Made by a program: the position numbers and the translations under genes
Assembly: GCF_964213995.1 (NCBI RefSeq)
Contig: NC_135810.1
Location: forward strand, 88,040,001 to 88,104,000
Direction of reading: 5' to 3'
DNA: 64,000 nucleotides
DNA from: Mustelus asterias
Lineage: Eukaryota
Shown: piece after piece, positions 12,301-23,852 of the stretch
Layout: each line of letters opens with the position of its first letter
Position numbering within the stretch: the first letter of the stretch is position 1
The notes under the pieces: generated by a model
Told to the model about the DNA's origin: nothing
The model's input: the letters and a program-made list of their open reading frames with translations, nothing else
Database searches by the model: none

Positions 12301-12704
12301 TAATTGTACCATATCCTATTCAAATACATTTATATTCTCACTTCTCATTTGTAAAAATGAATGCAAAGTATTGATTTTACATCTCTGCTATACCTGTAGC
12401 ATCAATAATTGGATTTCTAAATTCCTCCCTAGTGACTCTCGATCTCTTTAGCTATTCCATTACTTTTTATATTAAGAAAAGTCTTTATTATTTCCTTATA
12501 ATTGTCTCGATTTCTCTCAATATCTACTTTTAGACCTTGTAACCTCCATTTTCACTTCCCAGATAAACATAATCTGGTGTTTTTCCAGAAAGTGATCTTT
12601 ACAAAATTTTCCCAGGTCTTTGCTTTCTCCAAGAAGTGACATTTCTCCAGAATTTCACATAGCCTGAAAATAATATTGCGCATCCGTGTAATGGACCAGA
12701 AATA

Positions 12705-13857
12705 GGGTGGAATTCTCCCCAAAAAAGTGTCAAATTTGCGGGAAAACTGGAGTAATTCACTCGTTTTTTTCAGTGGGACTTCTGACTGGAATCTCCCACA
12801 CTCTGTGCAATACAGAGGTCACCATTGTGAATATCACTAGATTTCTGGGGGCGGGGCCTATTCCCACTGGAGAGGCTGAAACCAGTGAGGCTCCGCCCAT
12901 ACGCAGTGGCCCCGCACTGTCAGTCTACAGTTTGCTAGCTAGCTCGATCACTGGCCAGCCCGGGGCCTCTGCAGTGCTGCCTCCCCAACCCCCCCACAGC
13001 CTGATCGTGGCTCCCCTGACCATTCCTGGGCCAACCCCAAACCTTCCTCGCCCTGGACCGCCCCGACCTCCAGCCTCCTCCCCCCAAACAGTTTCCCTCT
13101 CCAGTAATGCCAATCCCACCTCTCCCCCCCCCCCCCCCCCCCGCCCCCCCACCCCCCCTTGCAGGCTGACCCCACCCCCCTGGCTGACCCCACCTCCCTG
13201 GCTGACCCCACCCCCCTGGCTGACCCCACCCCCCTGGCTGACCCTGCACCCCGAGCTGACCACCCCCCCCCCCAATCACTGGCCTCCCTCCTATCCCCAC
13301 GCAGAGTGGAAGGCAGGACTCCCCACTCCCACTGATCATTCCTTAGGCACCTCCCTCCATATGCCCCATCCCCTAGGCCCCAGCCCCTTGGCAGTTCCCC
13401 ATGCCCCATGGGCAGTACCAAGGTGCCCCCGGGCATGGGCACATTGCCCCTTGGGCAGCACCGGGGGCACAGGCTGGCACTGATGGGTGCCTATGCCCAG
13501 GGAGCACCAACCCCTAATGCCCCACCCCCTGGGGGGCCTGATTGCCCCTTTCACTCCAGTGAAGACGTCCCGATAGTTCCCCGAAAATGGGGAGCCACTG
13601 TAAACCCCACTGGAATGAAACACTCTGGCAGGGTGGGAGAGGCTAGCGGGCCTGGAGAATTCAATTCCGGGCCCGTTAATCACATTTAAATAACATTAAA
13701 ATAACTTACCTGTCTTCCCGCCGGTTTCCAGCGCGGATTTGATGGCGCCGGAAATCCGGGTCTGGGAGATGCGAGCGTGACGGGAACGCATGCTCGAATC
13801 CCGCACATGCCCAGATGCGAGATTCTCCCACCACGCTGGGGTGCGAGAATCACCCCC
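12705..13857. mobile_element. Non-autonomous PIF/Harbinger-type DNA transposon, about 1.15 kb
   Basis: TIRs GGGTGGAATTCTCCC / GCGAGAATCACCCCC with a perfect 3-bp TSD ATA. Confidence 0.8.
13164..13270. repeat. 18-bp minisatellite (GGCTGACCCCACCCCCCT) x about 5-6 inside the MITE
   Basis: Directly visible; it produces the WLTPPP repeats in ORF 12707-13483. Confidence 0.9.
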
Positions 13858-14435
13858 ATAATCTTTGGAAAAGACACAATGACCCTGATTTGAATTCCGC
13901 CAAGAACAGTCTGTGCGAGTGGGGCCTGTCAAGTCCTGGAGAAATTTTAACTTCTGGGTTTTGTTTTAATCTCCAGGCTCAGACCCTCAGCCACAGCCAG
14001 CAGAAAGCACTGGCCAGCCATTGGGTATTCGGGCGGTATGAAGGCACTGCCAGGAAGCCATGGAAATGATCATTTGATGTACTGAAGAGTGCCTGGTTCG
14101 CAAGGAAACCGAAACATAAAATTAGGCCTAGTTTATTGGGTATCTTCTGGTTAACCTTGCAGCGTGTTTAGCCGAGCAGGAACGCTATCACTCATCCCTA
14201 GTGCAGGCTTCGGGCTACAATAGGAGATTGTGTCCAACCTGCACGGTTACAGAGGACCCTGCTCGCTTGCAGCGAGTGTCTCTGCTGACAGCAATTTAAA
14301 ATGAGAGCAGGAGAGGAGGGGTATACCCCCAGTTCATGATTCTATGATACCCCCAGTTCATTTTCATTTTACTATCTGGCTTCTGCAATCAGTGATAGTT
14401 AAAATCGGGGTCAATATTGCAGCCAAATTGACATT

Positions 14436-14768
14436 CATAGAATCCCTACAGTGCAGAAGGTGGCCATTCAGCCCGTCGACTGTGCACCAATTCTCTGAAA
14501 GAGCAGACCACCAGAGCCCACCCCTCGAGCCCACCCCTCTGCCCCATTCCCTGCAACCCCGGGCCTAACCACCTAACCCACACATCTTGGGGCTTAGTAT
14601 GGCCAATCTGCCTAACCCACACATCTTTGGAGCATGGGAGGAAACCGGAGCACCCGGAGGAAACCGACGCAGGCAAGAGTGCAAACTCCACACAGGCAGT
14701 GAGCCGAGGCTGGGATTGAACCCAGGTCCCTGGCGCTGTGAGGCAGCAATGTGAACCACTGTGTCACC
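14436..14768 (-). mobile_element. V-SINE (HE1-like) with small internal duplication
   Basis: SINE consensus; CCTAACCCACACATCTT occurs twice. Confidence 0.9.
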
Positions 14769-14819
14769 AGGCTGAAATCACAAATATTGTACATAGGAAA
14801 ATGTATAAATATTGTACGT

Positions 14820-15320
14820 AGGAACATAAGGAATAAGAGTCAGAGTAGGCCATCTTACCCTTCGTGACTGATCTACAATTCAATAAGATGTGATCATGGC
14901 CTCAACTCCATTTTCATGCTTGCCCCTTCCCCCTCCCTTCGCCCTCCCCTCCCCTCGCCCTCCCCTCCCCTCGCCCTCCCTTCCCCTCGCCCTCCCCTCC
15001 CCTCAACCCTAACAGCCCTCAGCTTCCTTGCAGATTAAAAATCTGTCAAACTCAGTCTTGAATATATTCAGTGATCCAGTCTTATTGCTCTCTGGGTTAA
15101 ACATCCCAAAGATGAATAATCTTCGGACAAAAGACATTCCTCTTCATCTTTGTCCTAAGTAGGTGACCCCTGGTGACCCCTGATGCTAACACTGTGCTCC
15201 AGTTCAGGATTCCTCCACCAGTGGAAATACCCTCTCAACATCTACCCTGTCAAGCTCCTTTGGAATTTAATGTTTCAATAAAACCACTTCTCACCCTTCT
15301 AACCTCCAGTGAGTACAAAG
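14820..15320 (-). mobile_element. Old CR1 3' fragment containing a (CCCTCGCCCTC)n-like microsatellite at about 14923-15003
   Basis: Antisense CR1 tail AACATAAGGAATAAGAGTCAGAGTAGGCCAT and ATCTACCCTGTCAAG. Confidence 0.7.
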
Positions 15321-15329
15321 TAAGATAAT

Positions 15330-15690
15330 ATTTGGTGTGTACCATCTACAAAATGTACTGCGGGAACTCACCAAAGTTCTTGAGGAAGCACCTTTCAAAC
15401 CCACAACCACTACCATCTGGAAGGACAAGGGCAGAAAGTACCTGGGAACCTGGAGGTTTCTGCCAAGTCACTCATCATCCTGACTCGGAAATATATCGTC
15501 ATTCCTTCACTGTCGCTGGGTTAAAATCCTAAAACTCCCTCCTTAACAGCACTGTGGATTTGCCTACACCTCAGGGACTGCAAAGGTTCAAGAAGGCAGC
15601 TCACCATCACCTTCTCGAGGGCAACTAGTGATGAGCAATACATAATGGTCTCACCAGCGACGCCCACATCCGATAAATGAATAAATAAAA
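15330..15690 (+). mobile_element. 3' fragment of a second LINE family (ORF ends FKKAAHHHLL.GN)
   Basis: Homologous to 17470, 25605, 33165 and 48490; its tail is shared with SINE family 2. Confidence 0.8.
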
Positions 15691-15951
15691 GTTGTGTTGC
15701 AGAAAGAAAATACAAAGTGCGAGAGGTTTAATCATCTTCTGAAGAGTTGTATTCTTATAACTAATGCAGACATTAATCTAAAAACTACCATTCAAGGTAG
15801 GCCACTTCTCCAATATCAATGATGTCCAGTATTCAAACTTCATCACAATGCGACGTCCATTATCCTCATTGCCAACTGTTACGTTTAATAAACACTCACA
15901 CTTCTGCAATAATGCAATGCTGGCTTTGTTTCTCTGGAACATTCTACTCAG

Positions 15952-16027
15952 GCGTAATGGACAATTCACCACCTATCCCAGGAGAACACGTGACATGCAT
16001 ACAGTGCCTGACCTGGAATATTCGTGA
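15952..16027 (+). CDS. Terminal coding exon of the unidentified host gene: RNGQFTTYPRRTRDMHTVPDLEYS*
   Basis: Acceptor ...ATTCTACTCAG|G is phase-compatible with exon 6868-6940 (AG+G = Arg). Stop TGA at 16025-16027 is followed by a non-repetitive UTR-like tract with ATTAAA (about 16217) and AATAAA (about 16423). Confidence 0.65.
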
Positions 16028-16727
16028 CACGTATGTAGAGTGTCGAACAGCGCAGATGCTCACGAGGGCTCCTTTCGTATTCAATTAACAATCTGCAAGG
16101 ACAATAGCTGCTATCGAGTGCCTCTGCTCGTGCCTGTGTACATTTTGACATTCTACTTTGCAGTCAGTGATTTGACTTTGGGCACAAAGGCACTAATGCA
16201 ATATAACACTGGTATAATTAAAAAGGCAAACAGCGTTTCTCCCTAAACTGACAGCTTTGATAAGAGTGATGAGCAGTGGTAGTTTCAATGGTGGTGTCAC
16301 GGACCTCAATTTTCATGCAGCCGAGTTGCTGAATGCAATTAAAAGCAGCAGAAGCTTACAATGATTCTTAACACGTTTCATATCTACCAGACTTCCATTA
16401 GCAGCAGTATCGAAACTGTGATAATAAAATTGTGTATCGGTTGTTATTTTAAAAAGTTCATTCGTGCCCAGATTAAAATGCACTGTATGCTTATCAAGTC
16501 TAGTAAGAGATAAACAGGAGCAGATAGCGCATAAAATAATAGAAATCTCATTCATTTTTTATTACATTTTGATAGAGGCTACCTTATCGAAAACAAGGAG
16601 TGACTCATCCTATTGTTGGAATTCGTTCGACATTATTAAGAGCCCTGTTCGATATAAAATTGGTTAGAAACGCTCGTTGCCTTAACTTTTCCACTCTGTG
16701 TTTCATTGTACTCCCCTCAGATACTTA

Positions 16728-16843
16728 GGGCAGAATTTTACCGGCACGTCTGCCCGAGGTTTGTACGATCCTGCCCGAGGAGAATGCCGTTCTCCAAAGC
16801 TGAGCCCAGAGTCGGGGCGGGAGTGCCGGTAAAATTTCAGCCT
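16728..16843. mobile_element. Short Harbinger-type MITE
   Basis: TIRs GGGCAGAATTTTACCGGCAC / GTGCCGGTAAAATTTCAGCC. Confidence 0.75.
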
Positions 16844-16863
16844 CACAGTCAAGTGGAGAAATT

Positions 16864-17404
16864 GGGCTGGATTTTACGGCCGTGTGAACCTCGTTTCACA
16901 TCCCGCAGATGGAGGCCTGACGTCCCGTGTTGGATTCACCACGGTGTCAGTGTGAAAACACGTCTGCGTGAAACACGTGGCGTGGAGATCAGAAGAATGC
17001 CTGGGTCTTTCTCTGGAGATTAGAATGGAGGCCGCCCAGCACGCTGGGGCCTGGAACAGCACAGCAGTGGGTGGGGAGGGGAGGGGGGGGGGTGCATCTG
17101 CAAGGAGACCTTCCGGTTTGGTGTGCTGGAGGGGGCCCATCTCCCAGCCTCCGAATATTCCTGGAGATCCACCTTCCTTCTCAGGAGGTCAATCTTCCCA
17201 TCTCATTGTTGCCCCAGAGATCTAGTTTCATTTTCTGGTGGTCCACCTTTTTTTCTTCAGTTGTGGGTCTATGATGTTGGGTGCCTTTTCAATATGACGC
17301 CCAGATATGACGGTGGGCTACATGTCATCAGGCCTGCCCCACCATTGAAATGGTGTGAGACACCCGGGTGCAGAATTAATAAGGGCAGGGCTGAAAAATC
17401 TAGC
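16864..17404. mobile_element. Harbinger-type MITE (decayed)
   Basis: Starts GGGCTGGATTTTACGGCC and ends GGGCTGAAAAATCTAGC. Confidence 0.5.
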
Positions 17405-17469
17405 ATGTATTCCTGCCGGCCGCTGCAACAGGAACACTCCATGCTCCCGCCCCCAGCATTTAACTTTCA

Positions 17470-18125
17470 ACATCCTGCGGGTTTTCATTGACCAGAAACC
17501 TAACTGGGCCTATCATATAAATACTGTAGCTATAAGAGCAGGTCAAAGGTTAGAAATCCTGCGATGGGTACCTCACCTTCAGACTCCCCAAAGCATGTCC
17601 ACCATCCACAAGGCACAAGTCAGGAGTATAATGTAACACTTTCCACTTGCCTGGAAGACTGCAGCTCCAACAACACTCAAGAAGCTTGACACCATCCAGG
17701 ACAAAGCAGCCTGCTTGATTGCTACCCTTTCCACAAACATTCACTCTCTCCACTACCAACCAAAAGTGACAGGTATGTGTACAATCTACAAAATGCACTG
17801 CGAGAACTCACGAAGGTTCCTTAGGCAGCACCTTCCAAACTCATGACCACTACCATCTAGAAGGGCAACGGAAGCAGACACCTAGGAAAACCACCATAAT
17901 CTGGGGGTTGCCCTCCAAGTCACTTACCGACCTGACTTGGAAATATATCACTGTTCCTTCACTGTTACTGGGTCAGAATCCTGGATCTCCCTCCCCATGT
18001 GTGTACATACACCACATGGACTGCAGCAGTTCCAGAAGGCAGCTCACCGCCTTCTCGAGGGCAAATAGGGATGGACAATAAACGCTGACCGAGCCAGCGA
18101 CGCCCATATCCGGTAGAATGAATTT
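17470..18125 (+). mobile_element. 3' fragment of the second LINE family
   Basis: Peptides IDQKPNWAYHINTVAIRAGQRLEIL and STIHKAQVRSIM; tail GGGCAAATAGGGATGGACAATAAA. Confidence 0.85.
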
Positions 18126-18299
18126 TAAAAAAGATATGAGGAGGCAGCACAAGGGTGAATGAAGAAGGACGGCAAACAGGACCACGGCTGTGTGCAGAAG
18201 CAGAATCTGCTGCTGAATGTGGCAGCATTGGCTGCCAGTGGACTTTATTTCTTCAGTTTTGATAGACTGATGTTAGAATTAAAAAGTGAGTGAGAGGGC

Positions 18300-18640
18300 A
18301 GCTGGCCTGAAGACAGGGGTATCCTGGAAGGTGAGGACTCCAGCAGAGGAACCAGAGATTGCTGTCACTCATGTTGCTACGCATTCTGGAGGAGGCACCT
18401 CCAACGAGGAGGAAATGAGGAGAAGACAGAGGAGGCCAGCTGTCCAGGGAAAGGTGTGCCCCACTGTCCCGGCAGCTAATGGACCTGCTACCACAAAAGG
18501 GCCAGAACAAGATAGACAACAAAATAGCCAGTCCATGGTAAGGGAAGACAGCACCCTACACGAAGAGTCTACAGGCAAAGAACCTTCTGCACTCACAGAG
18601 TGCCAATGTCTTCACAGACTGCAATTCACTGTTGGGTGAC
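18300..18640 (+). mobile_element. Decayed Harbinger transposase (HARBI1-like) N-terminal remnant
   Basis: Frameshifted translation RQHPTRRVYRQR..LTECQCLHRLQF resembles the RVYR.R.SFL..SE.QC.RRLRF pattern of Harbinger transposases. Confidence 0.4.
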
Positions 18641-19157
18641 TGTTCCTGACACGGTGAAGGGTCAGGACCCTCGCTTGATCCTGACCACTGATGTCTCAGC
18701 CTAACAGACAGAATCCTTGTCCAAGTCTCTGGAATGGGACACAACCTTTGAATCAAAGTGTGCTCCAAATTGAACTAATTGCTGATTGGAGAGATCCGTT
18801 CAAATTGTGTTGGTGGCTACCCTATGCCTGTCATTCTCAAGGTGACTGTGACTTTGAACATTTATGTATCAGGGTCACTCCGGGTACCAGTTGGTGACCT
18901 TTATAGCTTGTCTCTAGCCTCAGCTCCCCATAGCCATGGGTGCAATGTTTGAACAGGCAAATAATTCATTCAGCTCCTTCACCCACCAATAACATTAGTC
19001 AGGCTGAGAGAGGCAGATGCTTTATGTGTATTGCTGGATTCCCCGGTATCAAGGTGTGATAGACTGCACACATGCACCTATCAAATCTCCATCAGGCCAG
19101 CCAGGGCCATTTGTCAATTGTAAAGGTTTTCATTCCACCAGCATCCAACTTGTGTTG

Positions 19158-19471
19158 GGGCTGCACAGTGGTTAGAACTGCTGCCTCACAGCGCCAGGGA
19201 GCCATGTTCGATTCCCGGCTTTGGTCACTGTCTGTGTGGAGTTTGCACATTCTCTCCAAATCTGCATGGGTTTCCTCCGGATGCTCCAGTTTTCTCCCAC
19301 AGTCCAAAGATGTGCGGGTTAGGTGAATTGGCCATGCTACATTGCCCCTTAGTGTCAGGGGGACTAGCGAGGGTAAATGCATGAGGTCATGGGGATAGGG
19401 CCTGGGTGGGATTGTGGTTGGTGCAGACTCGATGGGCCGAATGGCCTCCATCTGCACTGTAGGATTCTATG
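19158..19471 (+). mobile_element. V-SINE (HE1-like)
   Basis: SINE consensus. Confidence 0.9.
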
Positions 19472-20277
19472 AATTTATGTGTGTGGCCATTGTCAATGGA
19501 TCATACAGGTGTGTGCCGGCTGTCCTGGGAGTAGTCACAACTCTTACATCCTTAGGCACTCCCAGTTTCCATGGATCTTCTGTCCATCAGAAACATTGAA
19601 GAGTTAGCTTCTTTTAGACAAGGAATACTGGCAGAAGAGATGGATCATGAGGGATCAGTGAGGAATCTGTGGACAGAGGCTGAGATGTGTTACAATGCAT
19701 CTGCCTGGACTCTCTGCATTGTTCTCTGGCTCGTGTCTCATTAATCATTGTGGTCCGCTGTACGAGAGACAATCTGATGCTCCAGAGAGGGGAGACCCTG
19801 GTAGGGATAATTGGTGAGCCGGAGGGCCTGTTCCTGTGCTGTATTGTTCTTTAATGGAGCAAGCGCTGCATCCTCTGACACAGGACAGGTCTGAGGGTGA
19901 GCAGGAAGTCATCATGAACCCATGGTCCGTGGTCTGAGTCCCACCATTTGGCCTGGCAGCCATAAGAAGTGGTGAGGAAATGGAGGAGAAAGTGTCGGAA
20001 ATAATCAGACGATCATCTAGCCTCTGTGGAGAGATAAGCAATGATGGAAGCCAGAAGTGGTCTAGTCCTTTAGTTATTTTAAAAGGGAGAAAGATTCTGC
20101 CCCTCCAGAGCTACTTACTAGAAGAAGCTTACATAGTAAATTTGATTATTTTAAACCTGACTTGGAAACATTTAGTGTCAAAAGGAAAACATGTTAATAC
20201 CGGATCACCAACTAGGAAGCAATACTGCTTGGGAGAAAGATTTCCAAGCGTATGTGAAAAAATGGAGCAGGGTTTTT

Positions 20278-20537
20278 TTTTAAGTGTCACAAATAAGCTT
20301 ACATTAACACTGCAATGAAGTTACTGTGAATATCCCCTAGTCGCCACACTCCGGCACCTGTTCGGGTCAATGCACCTAACCAGCTCGTCTTTCGGACTGG
20401 AGGAGGAGACCGAAGCTTCTGGAGGAAACCCACGCGGACAATGTGCAGACTCCACACAGACAGTGACCCAAGCCGGGAATTGAATCCGGGTCCCTGGCAC
20501 TGTGAGACAGCAGTGCTAACCACTGTGCCACCATGCC
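20278..20537 (-). mobile_element. V-SINE variant with alternative tail
   Basis: Same tail as 11889 and 24301. Confidence 0.85.
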
Positions 20538-21164
20538 GAACAATGGTGTCATTGGATAGAGGATCAAAGCCGCTGATGTTTCATTTTGTTGAATAGATTG
20601 CAGTTTAAGTCATAAAGGTTTGATTAGGTGACCTGCCTCCATCTTCCTGTCTTTCACCAGGAGAGTGCTACGTTTTTTAAAATAAATTACTTTATCATAT
20701 AAATGTCTTCATTTATGGTTTTTGAGCTGTTTTTCTGTCTCAGACTTTGAGCTGGTGATTGTCACCTTGAAATTCTGATGAGCAAAAGTGACCTGTATTA
20801 CACTTGCATATTGCTAACTGGACACTGCTCTGTTGGGAGTAAGAATATTGTAGCAACGACAATCGAGAGTCTCCTCTTATATTCTGTGTTACAAAATAAG
20901 TAAATGCAGCCGTGATGTTACCACAGCAACTTGAGTGTTTATTGGACGTAACACTTGACTCAATTTCTCATAGTACATTTAACGGTGTCTGGGTGTGATT
21001 TTTATCCTGCGCTATCGGTTTTTTTTCTCTCCCATGTGTTCAGTCAATTCCTTAGCCAAGTATTAAATACAAACTCAACCTGGATTAAATACTGACAGTG
21101 CATATTGTTAGAATTTATTCATCATTGATAACGACAACAGCCACTGGAGAAATATAACCATATA

Positions 21165-21280
21165 ACCAAAATGTGACATCTGAAATCAAAACAGAAATGC
21201 TGGATAAACTCAGCAGGTCTGGCAGCATTTGTGGAGAGAGAAACGGAGTTAACATTTGGACTCTGACTCTTCTATAGAGT
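21165..21280 (-). mobile_element. Penelope-like terminal fragment (family 2)
   Basis: Homologous to 9828 and 22555. Confidence 0.6.
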
Positions 21281-21326
21281 GGATTTGATCTCCAGCCTGG
21301 GCTGAGTTTGTTCTTATCTCTGTGGT

Positions 21327-21405
21327 GTCAGCCATGGCTCAGGTTATAACGCACTAGCCTTTGAGTCAAAGGTTGTGGGCTCAGGCCCGACTCCAGAGAC
21401 TTGGA
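21327..21405 (+). mobile_element. tRNA head of a third SINE (SacSINE1/DeuSINE-like)
   Basis: CAGCCATGGCTCAG...GAGTCAAAGGTTGTGGGCTCAGGCCCGACTCCAGAGACTTG; an L2-like tail fragment lies at about 23438-23518. Family name is from memory of the consensus. Confidence 0.5.
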
Positions 21406-21739
21406 CAAGGAGACTTGGTCTGTTAGATTGAGACCCCAATGGTCAGGATCAAGAGGGGGTCTTGACCCTTCACTGTGTCAGGAACACTAACCCTGCAGTG
21501 ATTTTCCCTGAGTTGGTCAATTAGTATCCGGAGGGTGCATTCAGTGGTTACGTTTGCGATAATTTTCCCAGCCCTGTGGAGGCAGGGGGTGAGAATTGGG
21601 ACAGGAAAGTAGCAGCAAGTCCTCTGGGATGACTCTCCAACATCAGCACATCTCCTGGGAGTTTCCCCAGGGCCGACTGCCCGTGGAATCATCAACACGC
21701 CATTCAGCAAATCAAGTCTCCACCGACTCTCCTAAGCAG

Positions 21740-22019
21740 GCCTTCTCCCCTGCCCTATCTCCGTAACCCCACGCGTTTAACATGGCTAATCCATCGAACC
21801 GACATATCTTGGGAAACTCAGGGGTAATCTACCATGATCAATCCACCAAACCCGCACATCTTTGGACTGTGGGAGGAAACCAGAGCACCCGGAGGAAACC
21901 CAAGTAGACATGGGGAGAACATGCGAACTCCACACAAACAGTCACCCAAGGCCAGAATTGAACCCAGGTCCCTGGCGTTGTAAGGCAGCAGTGCTAACCA
22001 CTGTGCCACCATGCCACCC
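21740..22019 (-). mobile_element. V-SINE (HE1-like), tail truncated
   Basis: SINE consensus. Confidence 0.9.
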
Positions 22020-22164
22020 ACAATGTGACTTAGAAAATGCCATTTGCATCTCAAACATTTGTGCTAACTCCTCACAAAAAGAGGATCTTGCATCCAACAA
22101 TGAAACAGACCAATCAGATGTTCCAGTACAGCATGGTTTATCATATTCTAGGTGGGAAAGAATG

Positions 22165-22525
22165 ATATTGGCCTGGAAAGCAAAGAAAATAAAAAAAGGT
22201 AATTAAAAGCACCTTTGCTGCAGGAACACTGGTTCTGGTAAAAGCAATCGGTATGGGGGGATGTACTTATGGAATATTCTGAAGAAAATCCTATACAAGG
22301 GAGATTCTGAGAAAAGTCCACCCAAATAATGCTATGTGGATAATCGTCCCCTTTAGAACAATGTTCATTCGACAAAGGGTGTCACTGAAAAATGGTTGAA
22401 GATTGATGTTGCTCGCATAAAGGAAATGCTGACAAAATAAGATGGCGATGCAAGTCACCAATTGTCTGACTGTTTTACAAAGAGAAGTGCTTGCTGCAAG
22501 AAATTCTGAGAAATACTGGAAGGGT
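22165..22525 (+). mobile_element. Ty1/Copia RNase H remnant
   Basis: Frameshifted translation WKAKKIKKVIKSTFAAGTLVL..CYVDNRPL*NNVHSTKGVTEKWLKIDVARIKEML..HQLSDCFTKR matches the Copia STxxAE / DN / QxADxxTK pattern. Confidence 0.7.
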
Positions 22526-22554
22526 AATATGAAAAACCAACATGTTCCTCGATA

Positions 22555-22695
22555 AAAGCAAAATACTGCGGATGCTGGAAGCCGAAACACAAACAGAAAA
22601 TGCTGGAAAATCTCAGCAGGTCTGACAGCATCTGTGGGGAGAGAATAGAGCCAATGTTTCGAGTCTAGGTGACCCTTCGCCAGAGCTGACGAAGT
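22555..22695 (-). mobile_element. Penelope-like terminal fragment with decayed hammerhead
   Basis: Minus strand reads CTG(G)CGA-AGGGTC-ACCTA-GACTC-GAAAC, with an inverted CTGACGAAG next to it. Confidence 0.7.
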
Positions 22696-22819
22696 TCTTT
22701 GATTGTTTTGTAATTATTTGCAGATGTTTAAAAAAAGGTTTTGTTTAAAGAAAGGGGAATATGGGGTCCATTGGTTTGGCTGTAATGTGAGAAATAGATG
22801 GTGGCCATGAATTGGCCAT

Positions 22820-23166
22820 GGGCGGCACGGTAGCACAGTGGTTAGCACTGCTGCTTCACAGCTCCAGGGACCTGGGTTCGATTCCCGGCTTGGGTCACTG
22901 TCTGTGTAGAGTTTGCACATTCTCCTCGTGTCTGCGTGGGTTTCCTCCGGGTGCTCCGGTTTCCTCCCACAGTCCAAAGATGTGCGGGTTAGGTTGATTG
23001 GCCATGCTAAAATTGCCCCTTAGTGTCCTGAGATGTATAGGTTAGAGGGATTAGCGGTTAAAATATGTAGGGATATGGGGGTAGGGCCTGGGTTGGATTG
23101 TGGTCGGTTCCAACTTGATGGGCCGAATTGCCTCTTCCTACACTGTAGGGTTTCTATGATTCTATG
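22820..23166 (+). mobile_element. V-SINE (HE1-like), young subfamily
   Basis: Full head to (TTCTATGA)n tail; close to the 40807 copy. Confidence 0.95.
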
Positions 23167-23300
23167 TGGGGATGCCAGTGTTGGACTGGGGTGGGCAAGA
23201 TGAGAGGTCGCACGACACCTGATGAAGGAGCAGTGCTCCAAAAGCTTGTGATTTCAAACAGACCTTTTGGGCTATAACCTGGTGTTGTGTGACCTCTCTC
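23165..23300. mobile_element. Penelope-derived fold-back element with decayed hammerhead
   Basis: Inverted repeat at 23202-23219 / 23281-23298 encloses CACCTGATGAAGGAGCAGTGCTCCAAAAGCTTGTG. Confidence 0.75.
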
Positions 23301-23520
23301 CATGAGAAATAGAAGGTGAAAAGAAGTATAATTTTGATTCTTTTTCGATTAGATTCTTTTGGAAGATTGCTCTTTTGGGCTCAGGACCTGCAAGTGGTCC
23401 CAATATATGGTCCCTGACAACCACCGAGAAATTCAGCCCTTTCCCATATTACACTTCAAAAGTGTTTAATTGGCTGTAAAGCCTTTCAGATTTCCTAAAG
23501 TCATGAAAGGTGCTCTATGC

Positions 23521-23852
23521 GGGTGGCACGGTGGCACAGTGGTTAGCACTGCTGCCTCACAGCTCCAGGGACCTGGGTTCAATTCCCAACTTGGGTCACT
23601 ATCTGTGTGGAGTTTGCACATTCTCCCCGTGCCTGCGTGGGTTTCCTCCGGGTGCTCCAGTTTCCTCCCACAGTCCAAAGATTTGCAGGTAAGATGCATT
23701 GGCCATGCTAAATTGCCCCTTAATGTCCCGGGATGCGTAGGTTAGAGGGATTAGCAGGGTAAATATGTGGGGATTAGGCCTAGGTGGGATTGTTGTTGGT
23801 GCAGACTTGATGGGCCAAATGGCCTCCTTCTGCACTGTAGGGATTCTATGAT
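23521..23852 (+). mobile_element. V-SINE (HE1-like)
   Basis: SINE consensus. Confidence 0.95.

Noticed and set aside
12707-13483. 258-aa proline-rich ORF with WLTPPP repeats, plus overlapping Gly-rich ORFs
   Set aside because: Lies wholly within a TIR/TSD-bounded MITE; it stays open because the C-rich minisatellite lacks stop codons.
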